From the NCBI RefSeq assembly GCF_964213995.1, contig NW_027590143.1, forward strand, positions 868,001 through 932,000: a stretch of DNA of 64,000 nucleotides, in the 5' to 3' direction. Both the position numbers and the translations under genes were made by a program. The notes under the pieces are model-generated. The model had not been told where the DNA came from and did no database searches. It saw nothing but the letters and a program-made list of their open reading frames with translations. This document shows positions 25,790 through 37,118 of the stretch, piece after piece. The stretch is from Mustelus asterias. Lineage: Eukaryota. Numbering within the stretch: the first letter of the stretch is position 1; each line of letters opens with the position of its first letter.

Positions 25790-26100
25790 AGCAGTTATGC
25801 AACATGGTGATGCAGCAGCAATGCCATTAGTTCCGAAATTCAAAGACCCTGATGATGTCAGGGCAGAGGTTCAGTTCTCACCATGGCAGCCGGTGAAGCA
25901 TAATCAATTCAACGAATTAATAGAAACATGATGTAATTGACAACAGGCTAGTCTCAATAATGGTGTTCGTTGGTTGTCGCAAAGAAAACCTCATCTCCTT
26001 CATTGAAGTCTTTTAGGGAACGAAATCTGGCATCTTTACCTGGTCTGGCCTATCTGTGACTCAAGACCCACAGCAATGTGATTGCCCCCTGTAATGGCCG
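25790..26100 (+). mobile_element. Degenerate DeuSINE/SacSINE1-like repeat (related pieces at ~14740-14850, 33040-33290, 37740-38060, 42340-42640, 43870-44130)
   Basis: Shared core CCTGGTCTGGCCTAYNTGTGACT..AGACCCACAGCAATGTG on either strand. Confidence 0.55.
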
Positions 26101-26514
26101 AGAAAGGAAACTACCAGGCACGCCTAAATCACAGGAGACAATTACAAAGAAAACACTCTGAACGTTCAGTCTCCTAATGTACAGACATAAGTTTCTGGGT
26201 TTATTTTGCTATCGTCTGAATGCAGCATTTAGAAATATGGTGCGATTAAATCAACTCTCACTGACAGTTTCGCGCCAACAGCAGCAACGCTTACCCCCTC
26301 ATATTCAATCTAAAATTCTCTCATTGCACTGGATGTTGTGTGCAGTCAGTGGGCATTTAATAATCATGATTGACACACCGCAATTAGTGCCTAAGGTCAA
26401 CATTTACAGTTGCTGAGAACGGGTTTTCACATCTGCATGGTCAAAACATCTCGATGGGACAGAATGAAGTTAACCTTTGAGAAATAGATAAAATAAGCTG
26501 ATGGCTAAATTTCA

Positions 26515-27400
26515 ATAGAACCATAGAACCATAGAAAATTACAGCTCAGAAACAGGCCTTTTGGCTCTTCTTGTCTGTGCCGAACCATTTTATGCCTAGT
26601 CCCACTGACCTGCACTTAGACCATATCCCTCCACACCCCTCTCATCCATGAACCCGTCCAACTTTTTCTTAAATGTTACCACTTTATCCGGCAGCTCATT
26701 CCACACACCCACCACTCTCTGCGTGAAGAAGCCCTCCCTAATATTCCCTTTAAACTTTTCTCCTTTCACCCTTAACCCATGCCCTCTGGTTTTTTTCTCC
26801 CCTAGCCTCAGCGGAAAAAGCCTGCTTGCATTCACTCTATCTATACCCATCAAAATCTTATACACCTCTATCAAATCTCCCCTCAATCTTCTACGCTCCA
26901 GGGAATAAAGTCCCAACCTATTCAATCTCTCTCTGTAACTCAGCTTCTCAAGTCCTGGCAACATCCTTGTGAACCTTCTCTGCACTCTTTCAATCTTATT
27001 TACATCCTTCCTGTAACTAGGTGACCAAAACTGTACACAATACTCCAAATTCGGCCTCACCAATGACTTATATAACCTTACCATAACACTCCAACTTTTA
27101 TACTCGATACTCCGATTTATAAAGGCCAATGTACCAAAGACACTCTTTACGACCCTATCCACCGGTGACGTCACTTTTAGGGAATTCTGTACCTGTATTC
27201 CCAGATCCCTCTGTTCAACTGCACTCTTCAGAGTCCTACCATTTACCCTGTACGTTCTTCTTTGGTTTGTCCTTCCAAAGTGCAATATCTCACACTTGTC
27301 TGCGTTAAATTCCATTTGCCATTTTTCAGCCCATTTTTCTAGTTGGTCCAAATCCCTCTGCAAGCTTTGAAAACCTTCCTCACAGTCCACTACACCAATA
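26515..27400 (-). mobile_element. CR1 3' fragment with an open ORF2 C-terminus
   Basis: 264-aa ORF 26596-27390; (TTCTATGG)n tail. Confidence 0.93.
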
Positions 27401-27514
27401 CACGGACGAGATTAATAAAAACAGATTAATTCGTTAGAAATGCTCCTGACCAAAGAATGGAAACAATTTATGATTCAAGCAGAACACAAAAGTCAAACAA
27501 TTAAACACAACATT

Positions 27515-27660
27515 TTACTGATACGGGATCGAGATTAATATACACTGAAATGGTCAAGCACAGTTATTACTGATGCCGGGTCTAGATTAATGTAAACTGA
27601 GGAAAAGTCTAATAAAGTTATTACTAATACAGGGACGAGATTAATAAAAGCTGAGGCAGC
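27515..27660. repeat. Degenerate ~52-54-bp minisatellite, ~3 units
   Basis: TTACT(G/A)AT..GG..GAGATTAAT units start at 27515, 27567, 27621; partial unit at ~27398. Confidence 0.7.
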
Positions 27661-27814
27661 TTCTAGTGTACTGATTACGAGTGAAGAAGTTGACAGAGGT
27701 TAATTGGATTCCTCTGTGTGTGTGTTTGAAGGGTTGGCAGCCTCATTGTGATTGCACTTGTCCCAGATTCTCGACAACCTCAGCAGGCAGGAACAGCAGT
27801 TTCAATCGGAAAAC

Positions 27815-27853
27815 AGTTTTTGTACAGGGTCGGTACTGTTTTCAATCACTGTG
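27815..27853 (-). other. RSS, 23-bp spacer
   Basis: CACAGTG-23-ACAAAAACT. Confidence 0.93.
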
Positions 27854-28302
27854 AGTCTCAGAGAGAGCGCAGTAATAAATGGCAGCGTTGGTCGTCTGCA
27901 AGTCCATGATGGTTAAACTTGCGGTGGAGTCTGACAGCTGGAGGTCTGAAGCAAAACGGTTTCCTAACGCCGAGCCTTTCCATTCCACAACATCCCAAGA
28001 CCGTCTCCACACAACAAACTCGGGCTCCTTCGCTGGTAGCTGCAGGTACCAATACACATAATACATTTCTTCTGTAGTGTGATAGGTACATTTTATAGTC
28101 ACGGTTTCCCCTTCTCTCCCGCTCTCTGAAGACTGGGACTGAGTAACTGAATCTCCATCACTCTGATCTGTCATGTGTTTGGGAGCAAGAAAAAATCGCG
28201 TGTTAATATAAAATATAACGTCAATCTGAATGGAACATGATTGGAATCATCTTTACCGACAATAATTATCCCAAACATAATCCAGATTCTGAATATCTGC
28301 AT
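27854..28302 (-). CDS. Intact TRAV/TRDV gene segment: leader 28302-28257, V exon 28167-27854
   Basis: MQIFRIWIMFGIIIV|GTAAAG..AG|DQSDGDSVTQ..TIKCTY..YWYLQ..LTIMDLQTTNAAIYYCALSET; open frame with C, W and YYC conserved. Confidence 0.93.
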
Positions 28303-28937
28303 GGCTGCTTCCGAGCCCGAACCGCTCTTTTCCTTTATAATTTCAAACCCGAAACAGGACAAAGACCCACACAGGGTTCAATTGGTTAAAATCACTTCCT
28401 TCTCCTTTGTTTTCCGGCAGTGACGCAATCCTTAATGTACCCGCCAGATATTTAAATCAGATTCAAATGAGGGCCCTAGACAGCTGAAGTTCTTTGGCAG
28501 ACAGGATTAAATATGTACGAGTGAAATCAGTCACTCAGTCAGTATACTCGAGAGAGCGTGCTTAACTGCAGCTTTCCTGAGGTCTGAGATTCATTTCCGG
28601 GGGCCGAGTTGGTCAGGTTTCGCTGGCATCGCCCACATCCATTGAATTAATAACAAAAATAATCAAGTCGAGAGCAAGTAGAGCATGGCATTCACGACTG
28701 TCGGTCGCGGGGTGAATCTCTCGATTCTAGCTGCCGGGGCGTTTTGACTGAAAGTTCACATCTGGGATCGCCATTTAAATCCTTGAGCTTTATTTGAACG
28801 GTGGGCATGGCCTGATTTACAGATGTTTGGGTGTGAAGAATTTCAGTGCAGCTTTAATGTCCAGTCTCCCAAAGCAGTCCAGCTCTGCAGTCTCCAGCTC
28901 CCTGTCATGTAAATCATCATCTCCAGGCAGCAGAGCG

Positions 28938-29402
28938 ATGGGAATCCTTGTTTTCACCCTGTGTATCTGTTTACCCGTGAGTATCGATCACATTAACCCA
29001 CATCCTGTGGATTGAATAAAGTGCTGCCCCAGTCCATCCCAATTGCAGGCACAGCCTAGGATTTTAACGCCGTTGTATGGTTCGGCTCTGGTGGCCCAAT
29101 AAACTCTCTGTGTTTAATTTCCAGGATGTTTCAGTCAGTCAGTGACACAGAGCCCGGCAGCGGTGATCAGGAAGGAGTGTCAGTCTCCCACCATCATCTG
29201 TGTTTTCTCTGGAGTTTATGAGTTCGAAAATGGCCATTTCTTTAGAAAAACCCCGACCGGGACATCCAGGGAGCGGATCTCCAGCGGAGCGAGATTTGTT
29301 GTCTCGGTGAACAAAGCAGAAAAGACATTTTCACTTGAAAATCGGGATTTGAGAGTTGAAGACACTGCAAAGCTCAGTGCTGGTACTACACACATGGGAT
29401 AC
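28938..29402 (+). pseudogene. NAR-TCR V (IgNAR-like V), probably germline V-D joined; leader 28938-28976, V exon 29125-29402
   Basis: QSVTQSPAAVIRKECQSPTIICVF..FRKTPTGTSRERISSGARFVVSVNKAEKTFSLENRDLRVEDTA has the VNAR layout (short FR2-CDR2 region, ERIS-x-G-x-RF..VN..K-x-FSL) and a non-canonical FR1 Cys; an apparent ~13-nt deletion removes TYY; leader ends in phase 0. Confidence 0.85.
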
Positions 29403-29430
29403 CGCAGTGGAAGAGAGAAGAACAAATAGC
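29403..29430 (+). other. RSS with 12-bp spacer (heptamer mutated)
   Basis: CGCAGTG-GAAGAGAGAAGA-ACAAATAGC. Confidence 0.7.
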
Positions 29431-29606
29431 TCATGGCAATCGAAGAAGTAATGCCCAGCAATTCCCAAGTTCGGTAACTTGACCTTTCGGGTTGATGTTA
29501 CTCCCACTTCAATTTGGTTTAAATTCATTGTAAATTCCTCCCATCAGTTATAATTCTTCAAGATTTTTCGCCGTTAATAAGAATCTTCCATCTCTGCCTC
29601 TGTTCC

Positions 29607-32378
29607 AACAAAGAACAATGCAGCTCAGGAACAGGCCCTTCGGCCCTCCAAGACCGCGCCGCTCCATGGTCCAAACTACACCATTCTTTTGTATCCCTCC
29701 ATTCCCACTCCGTTCATGTGGCTATCGAGATAAGTCTTAAACGTTCCCAGTGTGTCCGCCTCCACCACCTTGCCCGACAGCGCATTCCAGGCCCCCACCA
29801 CCCTCTGTGTAAAATACGTCCTCCTGATATCCGTATTAAACCTCCCATCCATCCCCCGCAGCCCCCCCCCCCCCCTCACCTTGAATCTATGACCCCTCGT
29901 GAACGTCACCACCGACCTGGGAAAAAGCATCCCACCGTTCACCCTATCTATTCGTTTCATAATTTTATACACCTCTATTAGGTCACCCCTCATCCTCCGT
30001 CTTTCCAGTGAGAACAACCCCAGTTTACCCAATCGCTCCTCATAACTAAGCCCTTCCATACCAGGCAATATCCTGGTAAACCACCTCTGCACTCTCTCTA
30101 AAGCCTCCACGTCCTTCTGGTAGTGTGGCGACCAGAACTGGGCGCAGTATTCCAAATACGGCCGAACCAATGTTCTGTACAACTGCAACATCAGACCCCA
30201 ACTTTTATACTCTATGCCGCAAGCATGCCATATGCCTTATTCACTACCTTCTCCACCTGTGACGTCACCTTCAAGGATCTGTGGACTTGCACACCCAGGT
30301 CCCTTTGCGTATCTACACCCTTGATGGTTCTGTCATTTATCGTCCAGCTCCCCCCTACGCTAGTTCGGCAAAATGCATCACTTCGCATTCATCTGGATTG
30401 AACTCCATCTGCCATTTCTTTTCTCAAATTTCCAGCCTATCTAGATCCTTCTGCAGCCTCTGACAATGTTCCTCACTATCTGCAAGTCCAGCCATTTTCG
30501 TGTCGTCCACAAACTTACTGATCACCCCAGTTACACCTTCTTCCAGATCGTTTATATAGATCACAAACAGCAGAGGTCTCAACACAGAGCCCTGCGGAAC
30601 ACCACTCGTCACAGGCATCCAGCCGGAAAAAGACCCTTCCACTACCACCCTCTGTCTTCTGTGACCAAGCTAGTTCTCCACGCATTCAGCCACACCCCCC
30701 TTTATCCCATGAGATCCAACCTTTTTCACCAGCCTGCCATGAGGGACTTTGTCAAACGCTTTCCTAAAGTCCATATAGACGACATCCACGGCCCTTCCCT
30801 CGTCAACCATTCTAGTCATTTCTTCAAAAAACTCCACCAGGTTAGTGAGGCATGACCTCCCTCTCACAAAACCATGCTGACTATCGTTAATGAGTTTATT
30901 TCTTTCTAAATGCGCATACATTCTATCTCTAAGAATCCTCTCCAAAAACTTCCCTACTACGGACGTCAAGCTCACCGGCCTATAATTTTCCGGGTTATCC
31001 TTCCTACCCTTCTTAAATAACGGGACCACATTAGCTATCCTCCAATCCTCTGGGACCTCACCTGTGTCCAGTGACGAGACAAAGATTTGCGTCAGAGGCC
31101 CAGCGATTCCATCTCTCGTCTCCCTGAGCAGCCTTGGATAGATTCCATCAGGCCCTGGGGATTTGTCAGTCTTAATATTCGCTAAAAAATCCTAACGCTT
31201 CATCCCTTGTACTGGAGATTTTCGCTAACGGGTCAGCACTCCCCTCCGAGACACTCCCAGTCAACACATCCCTCTCCTTTGTGAATACCGACGCAAAGTA
31301 TTCATTTAGGATCTCCCCTACTTCTTTGGGCTCTAATTCCCCACTTTTGTCCCTGAGAGGTCCGATTTTTATCCCTGACAACCCTTTTGTTCCTAACGTA
31401 TGAATAAAATGCCTTGGGATTCTCTTTAGTCCTGTCTGCCAAGGACATTTCGTGACCCATATTTGCCCTTCTAATTCCTCGTTTGAGTTCTTTCCTACTT
31501 TCTTTGTATTCCTCCAGAGCTCCTTCCGTTTTTAACTGCCTGGACCTAACATACGTCTCTCTTTTCTTTTTGACCAGTCCCTCAATTTCCCTGGTTATCC
31601 ACGGTTCTCGAATCCTACCCTTCCTATCCTTCTTTTTTACAGGCACATGTCTATCCTGCAGCCCTAACAACTGTTCCTTAAAAGACTCCCACATGCCAGA
31701 TGTGGATTTACCCTCAAACAGCCTCTCCCAATCAACAGCTGCCAGTTTCTGCCTAATCCCACTAAAGTTAGCCTTCCCCCAATCCAACACCTTACCCTTG
31801 GGACACCACTCATCCTTTTCCATCACTATCCTAAAGCTAACAGAATTGTGGTCACTGTTTGCCACATGTTTCCCTACCGAAACTTTGAAGACCTGACCGG
31901 GCTTATTCCCCAGTATCAGGTCCAGTATAGCCCCCTCTCTAGTCGGGCTATCTACCTATTGTTCCAAAGAACCCTCCTGTACGCATTTTACAAATTCCTC
32001 CCCATTCAGAGTCCCAGCCCTACGCGATTTCCAGTCTATACCAGGGAAATTGAAGTCTCCCACTACAACAACCCTATTTTTCCTGCACCTATCCATTATC
32101 TCCTGACATATCCGTTCTTCCACTTCCCTTGGGCTGTTGGGGAGCCTGTAGTACACCCCCAACATAGTGACTGCGCCCTTCCTGTTTCTGAGCTCCACCC
32201 ACAGTGACTCGTTACACGACCCCTCTGAATTGCCCTCCCGCCACCGCTGTAATATGCTCTCCAACTAATACTGCTCCTCCCCCACCTCTTTTGGCCCCTC
32301 CCCTGTCTCGCCTAAAACACTTGTCCCCCGGAATATTCAGCTGCCACTCCTGTCCCTCTTTCAACCAAGTCTCTGTTC
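29607..32378 (-). mobile_element. 5'-truncated CR1 inserted between NAR V and NAR J
   Basis: Fragmented APE/RT ORFs; flanking direct repeat CTCTGTTCC at 29598-29606 and 32371-32379. Confidence 0.93.
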
Positions 32379-32536
32379 CTGGGCTATTTTCCCAGGAGCT
32401 CAGCAAGTCACAAGGCACCGTTTGATTCAATGAGGTTTTTTTTAAACAATCAAGTTCATTATTGATCTAAATTCCCTGAATAATTGAGAAACGCTGACAG
32501 TCCGGTAATGGTTGCCCGGTAGTTTGAGGTGTCAGT

Positions 32537-32626
32537 CATTCCTGTGCTGGGCAGACTGGGAGCTCTGTCACTGTGGGGTGAATGGAGATTTTCAGATGGG
32601 TCTGAGACGGTAGACTGTCACAGCCC
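32537..32626 (+). pseudogene. NAR-TCR J segment (32576-32626) with upstream 23-RSS
   Basis: CATTCCTGT-23-CACTGTG then GEWRFSDGSETV[frameshift]TVTA C|GTAAGT, resembling the NAR J motif DG-x-GTVLTV. Confidence 0.75.
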
Positions 32627-32907
32627 GTAAGTGATTCCAAATCCCCTTGTGTTATTCACTATCCTGGTTAGTGTTCACCATCAGTTATTATTCGTTATCA
32701 GTATCACTTCACTGCTGTGCTTCTGAAGCAGGGTGGTTCGCAAAGGATGCTCTTCACTTGCAAATTTAGACTTGGGAGCAGAGTAAGAAACTGAAATCGG
32801 GTCGGGCTTTGAGACCGGATTGAAGCAGTGTGAGTCTCCAAAGGATAGGTATCCTATGGGGAAGGAGGGTCAGCTGACCCCATCTGAACCATTGTTGGTT
32901 TAAGGAA

Positions 32908-33000
32908 CAGTAAGGAGTCTCACAACACCGGGTTAAAGTCCAACCGGTTTATTTGGAATCACAAGCTTTCGGGGCGCTGCTTCTTCCCAGGTGAGAGGAG
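32908..33000 (-). mobile_element. Penelope-like terminal fragment
   Basis: Same motif set as 40620-40817 (CACCRGGTTAAAGTCCAA..GCTTTCGG..GCGCTGCT). Confidence 0.6.
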
Positions 33001-33449
33001 AATTCGGGGAGTCCCGCCAGGGCCGATGGCGGAATTCCAATTCAATAAAAATACGTGGAATTGAGAATCTACCGATGACCATGAAACCATTGTCGATTAT
33101 TAGAAAAATCCATCTGGTTCACAAATGTCTTTCAGGGAAGGAAATCTGTGGTCCTTACCTGGTCTGGCCTATATGTGACTGCAGAACCACAGCAATGTGG
33201 TAGACTCTCCACTGCCCTTGGGTAACTAGGGACGGTCAGCCAGTCAGCCATGACGCACATGTCTCATGAATGAATAAAAAACACATTGTGGACACTCCGA
33301 ACACTGCTCCCTGCCCTCCGCTGAGAAACAGCGAAGTCACTGAGCACAGGATTTCTCTCTGCTCCAGGAAATGTGAATCAGGTAGCGGGAGAGTTAATCC
33401 AACATTGCAGCGACAGATCCAATACCTGCAGTGACAGGAAAACGGGAAC

Positions 33450-33785
33450 TATAGAATTATAGAAACCCTACAGTGCAGAAAGAGGCCATTTGGCCCATCG
33501 AGTCTGCGCCGACCACAATCCCACCCAGGCCCTACCCCCATAGCCACCCACTAATCCCTCTAACCTACGCATCTCAGGAAACTGAGGGGGAATTTTAGCT
33601 TGGCCAATCAACCTGACCTGCACATCTTTGGACTGTGGGAGGAAACCGGAGCACACAGAGGAAACCCACGCAGACACAAGGAGAATGTGCAAACTCCACA
33701 CAGACAGTGACCCGAGCCGGGAATCGAACCCAGGTCCCTGGAGCTGTGAAGCAGCAGTGCTAACCACTGTGCTACCGTGCCACCC
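33450..33785 (-). mobile_element. HE1-type tRNA-derived SINE
   Basis: GGCACGGTAGCACAGTGGTTAGCACTGCTGCTTCACAGC..GGTTCGATTCCC head and CR1-like 3' tail. Confidence 0.9.
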
Positions 33786-33859
33786 ATGCCGCTCGTGCCA
33801 GGGAACATGGCACAAATAGCTTCAAGATCATTTTATAGTTGTTGATGGCATTTCATTAA

Positions 33860-36800
33860 ACTAAAAAGTAGGGCCTCCAGGGTGGCCATCTCTGGGCTGC
33901 TCCCAATGCCTCGTGCTAGTGAGGCCAAGAATAGGGAGTTAGTATAATTGAATGCTTGGCTAAAGGACTGGTCCAGGAGGGAGGGCTTCATTTTCCTAGA
34001 TCAATGGGAAGATTTCAGGAGAGAATGGCAACTGTACAAGAAGGACGGGTCACAACTAAGTTGGAAGGGCACGAATATCCACGCTGGGAGTTTTGCTAGT
34101 GCAGTTCGGGGGGCTTTAAACTAGTATGGCAGGCGGGTGGGGATCAAAATATTAGGTCTACAAGTGTAGACTGCGGACTGGGACAAGGCTGGCAAAGAAG
34201 AATAGCATTCTGGGGGAGGATGACCTCACTGGGCCTGGAAGTCTGGAGTGCTTATACTGCAATGCAAGGAGCGTAGCAGGTAAGACAGACGAACTTAGGG
34301 CCTTAATGCTCACGAGGGATTTGGATGTGATTGCGGTGACGGAGACTTGGTTGAAAGAGGGACAGGACTGGCAGCTGAATATTCCAGGGTACAAGTGTTT
34401 TAGGCGAGACAGAGGAGGGGCCAAAAGAGGTGGGGGAGTAGCGGTATTAGTTGGAGAGCATATTACAGCGGTGCAGAGGGAGGACAATTCAGAGGGGTCG
34501 TGTAACGAGTCACTCTGGGTGGAGCTTAGTAACAGGACGGGCGCAGTCACTATGTTGGGGGTGTACTACAGGCCCGTCAACAGCCCAAGGGAAGTGGAAG
34601 AACGGATATATCAGGAGATACTGGATAGGTGCAGGAAAAATAGGGTTGTTGTAGTGGGAGACTTCAATTTCCCTGGTATAGACTGGAATTCGCTGAGAGC
34701 TTGGACTCTGAATGGGGAGGAATTTGTAAAATGCGTACAGGAGGGTTCTTTGGAACAATATGTAGATAGCCCGACTAGAGACGGGCCTATACTGGATCTA
34801 GTACTGGGGAATGAGCCCGGTCAGGTCTTCAAAGTTTCGGTAGGGGAACATGTGGCAAATAGTGACCACAATTCTGTTAGCTTTAGGATAGTGATGGAAA
34901 AGGATGAGTGGTGTCCCAAGGGTAAGGTGTTGGATTGGGGGAAGGCGAACTTTAGTGGGATCAGGCAGAAATTGGCAGCTCTTGATTGGGAGAGGCTGTT
35001 TGAGGGTAAATCCACATCTGGCATGTGGGAGTCTTTTAAGGAACAGTCGTTAGGGCTGCAGGACAGGCATGTGCCTGTAAAAAAGAAGGATAGGAAGGGT
35101 AGGATTCGAGAACCGTGGATAACCAGGGAAATTGAGGGACTGGTCAAAAAGAAAAGAGAGACGTATGTTAGGTCCAGGCAGCTAAAAACGGAGGGAGCTC
35201 TGGAGGAGTACAAAGAAAGTAGGAAAGAACTCAAACGGGGAATTAGAAGGGCAACAAAGGGTCACGAAATGTCCTTGGCAGACAGGATTAAGGAGAATCC
35301 CAAGGCATTTTATTCATACGTTCGGAACAAAAGGGTTGTCAGGGAAAAAATCGGACCTCTCAGGGACAAAAGTGGGGAATTATGCTTGGAGCCCAAAGAA
35401 GTAGGGGAGATCCTAAATGAATACTTTGCGTCGGTATTCACAAAGGAGAGGGATGTGTTGACTGGGAGTGTCTCGGAGGGGAGTGTTGAACCGTTGGAGA
35501 AAATCTCCATTACAAGGGAGGAAGTGTTAGGTTTGTTAGAGAATATAAAGACTGACAAATCCCCAGGGCCTGATGGAATCAATCCAAGGCTGCTCAGGGA
35601 GACGAGAGATGAAATCGCTGGGCCACTGACGCAAATCTTTGTCTCGTCGCTGGACGCAGGTGAGGTCCCAGAGGATTGGAGGATAGCTAATGTGGTCCCG
35701 TTATTTAGGAAGGGTAGGAAGGATAACCCGGGTAATTATAGGCCGGTGAGCTTGAAGTCCGTGGTGGGGAAGTTGTTGGAGAAGATTCTTAGAGATAGGA
35801 TGTATGCGCATTTAGAAAGGAATAAACTCATTAACGATAGTCAGCATGGTTTTGTGAGAGGGAGGTCATGCCTCACTAACCTGCTGGAGATTTTTGAAGA
35901 AGTGACCAGAATGGTTGACGAGGGAAGGGCGGTGGATGTCGGCTATATGGACTTTAGTAAAGCGTTTGACAAAGTCCCCCATGGAAGGCTGGTGAAAAAG
36001 GTTGGATCTCATGAGATAAAGGGGAGGTGGCTATATAGCTGGAGAACTGGCTTGGTCACAGAAGACAGAGGGTGGTAGTGGAGGCGTATTCTTCCGGCTG
36101 GAGGCCTGTGACTAGTGGTGTTCCGCAGGGCTCTGTATTGGGACCTCTGCTGTTTGTGATTTATATAAACGATCTGGAAGAAGGTGTAACTGGGGTGATC
36201 AGTAAGTTTGCGGACGACACAAAATTGGCAGGACTTGCAGATAGTGAGGAGCATTGTCAGAAGCTACAGAAGGATATAGATAGGCTGGAAATTTGGGCAA
36301 AGAAATGGCAGATGGAGTTCAATCCTGATTAATGCGAAGTGATGCATTTTGGTAGAAATAATGTAGGGAGGAGCTATACGATAAATGGCAGTACCATAAA
36401 GGGTGTAGATACGCAGGGGGACCTAGGTGTGCAAGTCCACAGATCCTTGAAGGTGACGTCACAGGTGGAGAAGTTGGTGAAGAAGGCATATGGCATGCTT
36501 CCCTTTATAGGACGGGTCATAGAGTATAAAAGTTGGGGTCTGATGTTGCAGATGTATAGAACGTTGGTTCGGCCGCATTTGGAATACTGCGTCCAGTTCT
36601 GGTCGCCACACTACCAGAAGGACGTGGAGGCTTTGGAGAGAGTACAGAGGAGGTTTACCAGGATGTTGCCTGGTATGGAGGAGCTTAGTTATGAGGAGAG
36701 ATTGGGTAAACTGGGGTTGTTCTCCCTGGAAAGACGGAGAATGAGGGGAGACTTAATAGAGGTGTATAAAATTATGAAAGGCATAGATAGGGTGAACGGT

Positions 36801-37118
36801 GGGAAGCTTTTCCCCAGGTCGGTGGTGACGTTCACGAGGGGCCATAGGTTCAAGGTGAAGGGGGGGGGGGGGGAGGTTTGACACAGATATCAGAAGGACA
36901 TATTGTACACAGATGGTGGTGGGGGCCTGGAATGCGCTGCCAGGCAAGGTGGTGGAGGCGGACACACTGGGAACGTTTAAGACTTATCTCCACAGCCATA
37001 TGAACGTAGTGGGAATGGAGGGATACAAAGGAAGGGTCTCGTTTGGACCAGGGAGCGGCACGGGCTTGGAGGGCCGAAGGGCCTGTTTCTATGCTGTATT
37101 TTTCTTTGTTCTTTGTTC
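33860..37118 (+). mobile_element. 5'-truncated CR1 (end of ORF1 plus nearly complete ORF2 with frameshift/stop)
   Basis: 590-aa APE-RT ORF 34306-36078 continued by 36072-36332 and 36339-36881. Confidence 0.95.

Noticed and set aside
29373-29411. CTCAGTG as an alternative heptamer for the NAR V
   Set aside because: No nonamer at 12 or 23 bp spacing
33450-33785. tRNA gene calls in SINE heads (also 47863, 62162, 62432)
   Set aside because: tRNA-derived HE1-type SINE heads, not complete tRNAs
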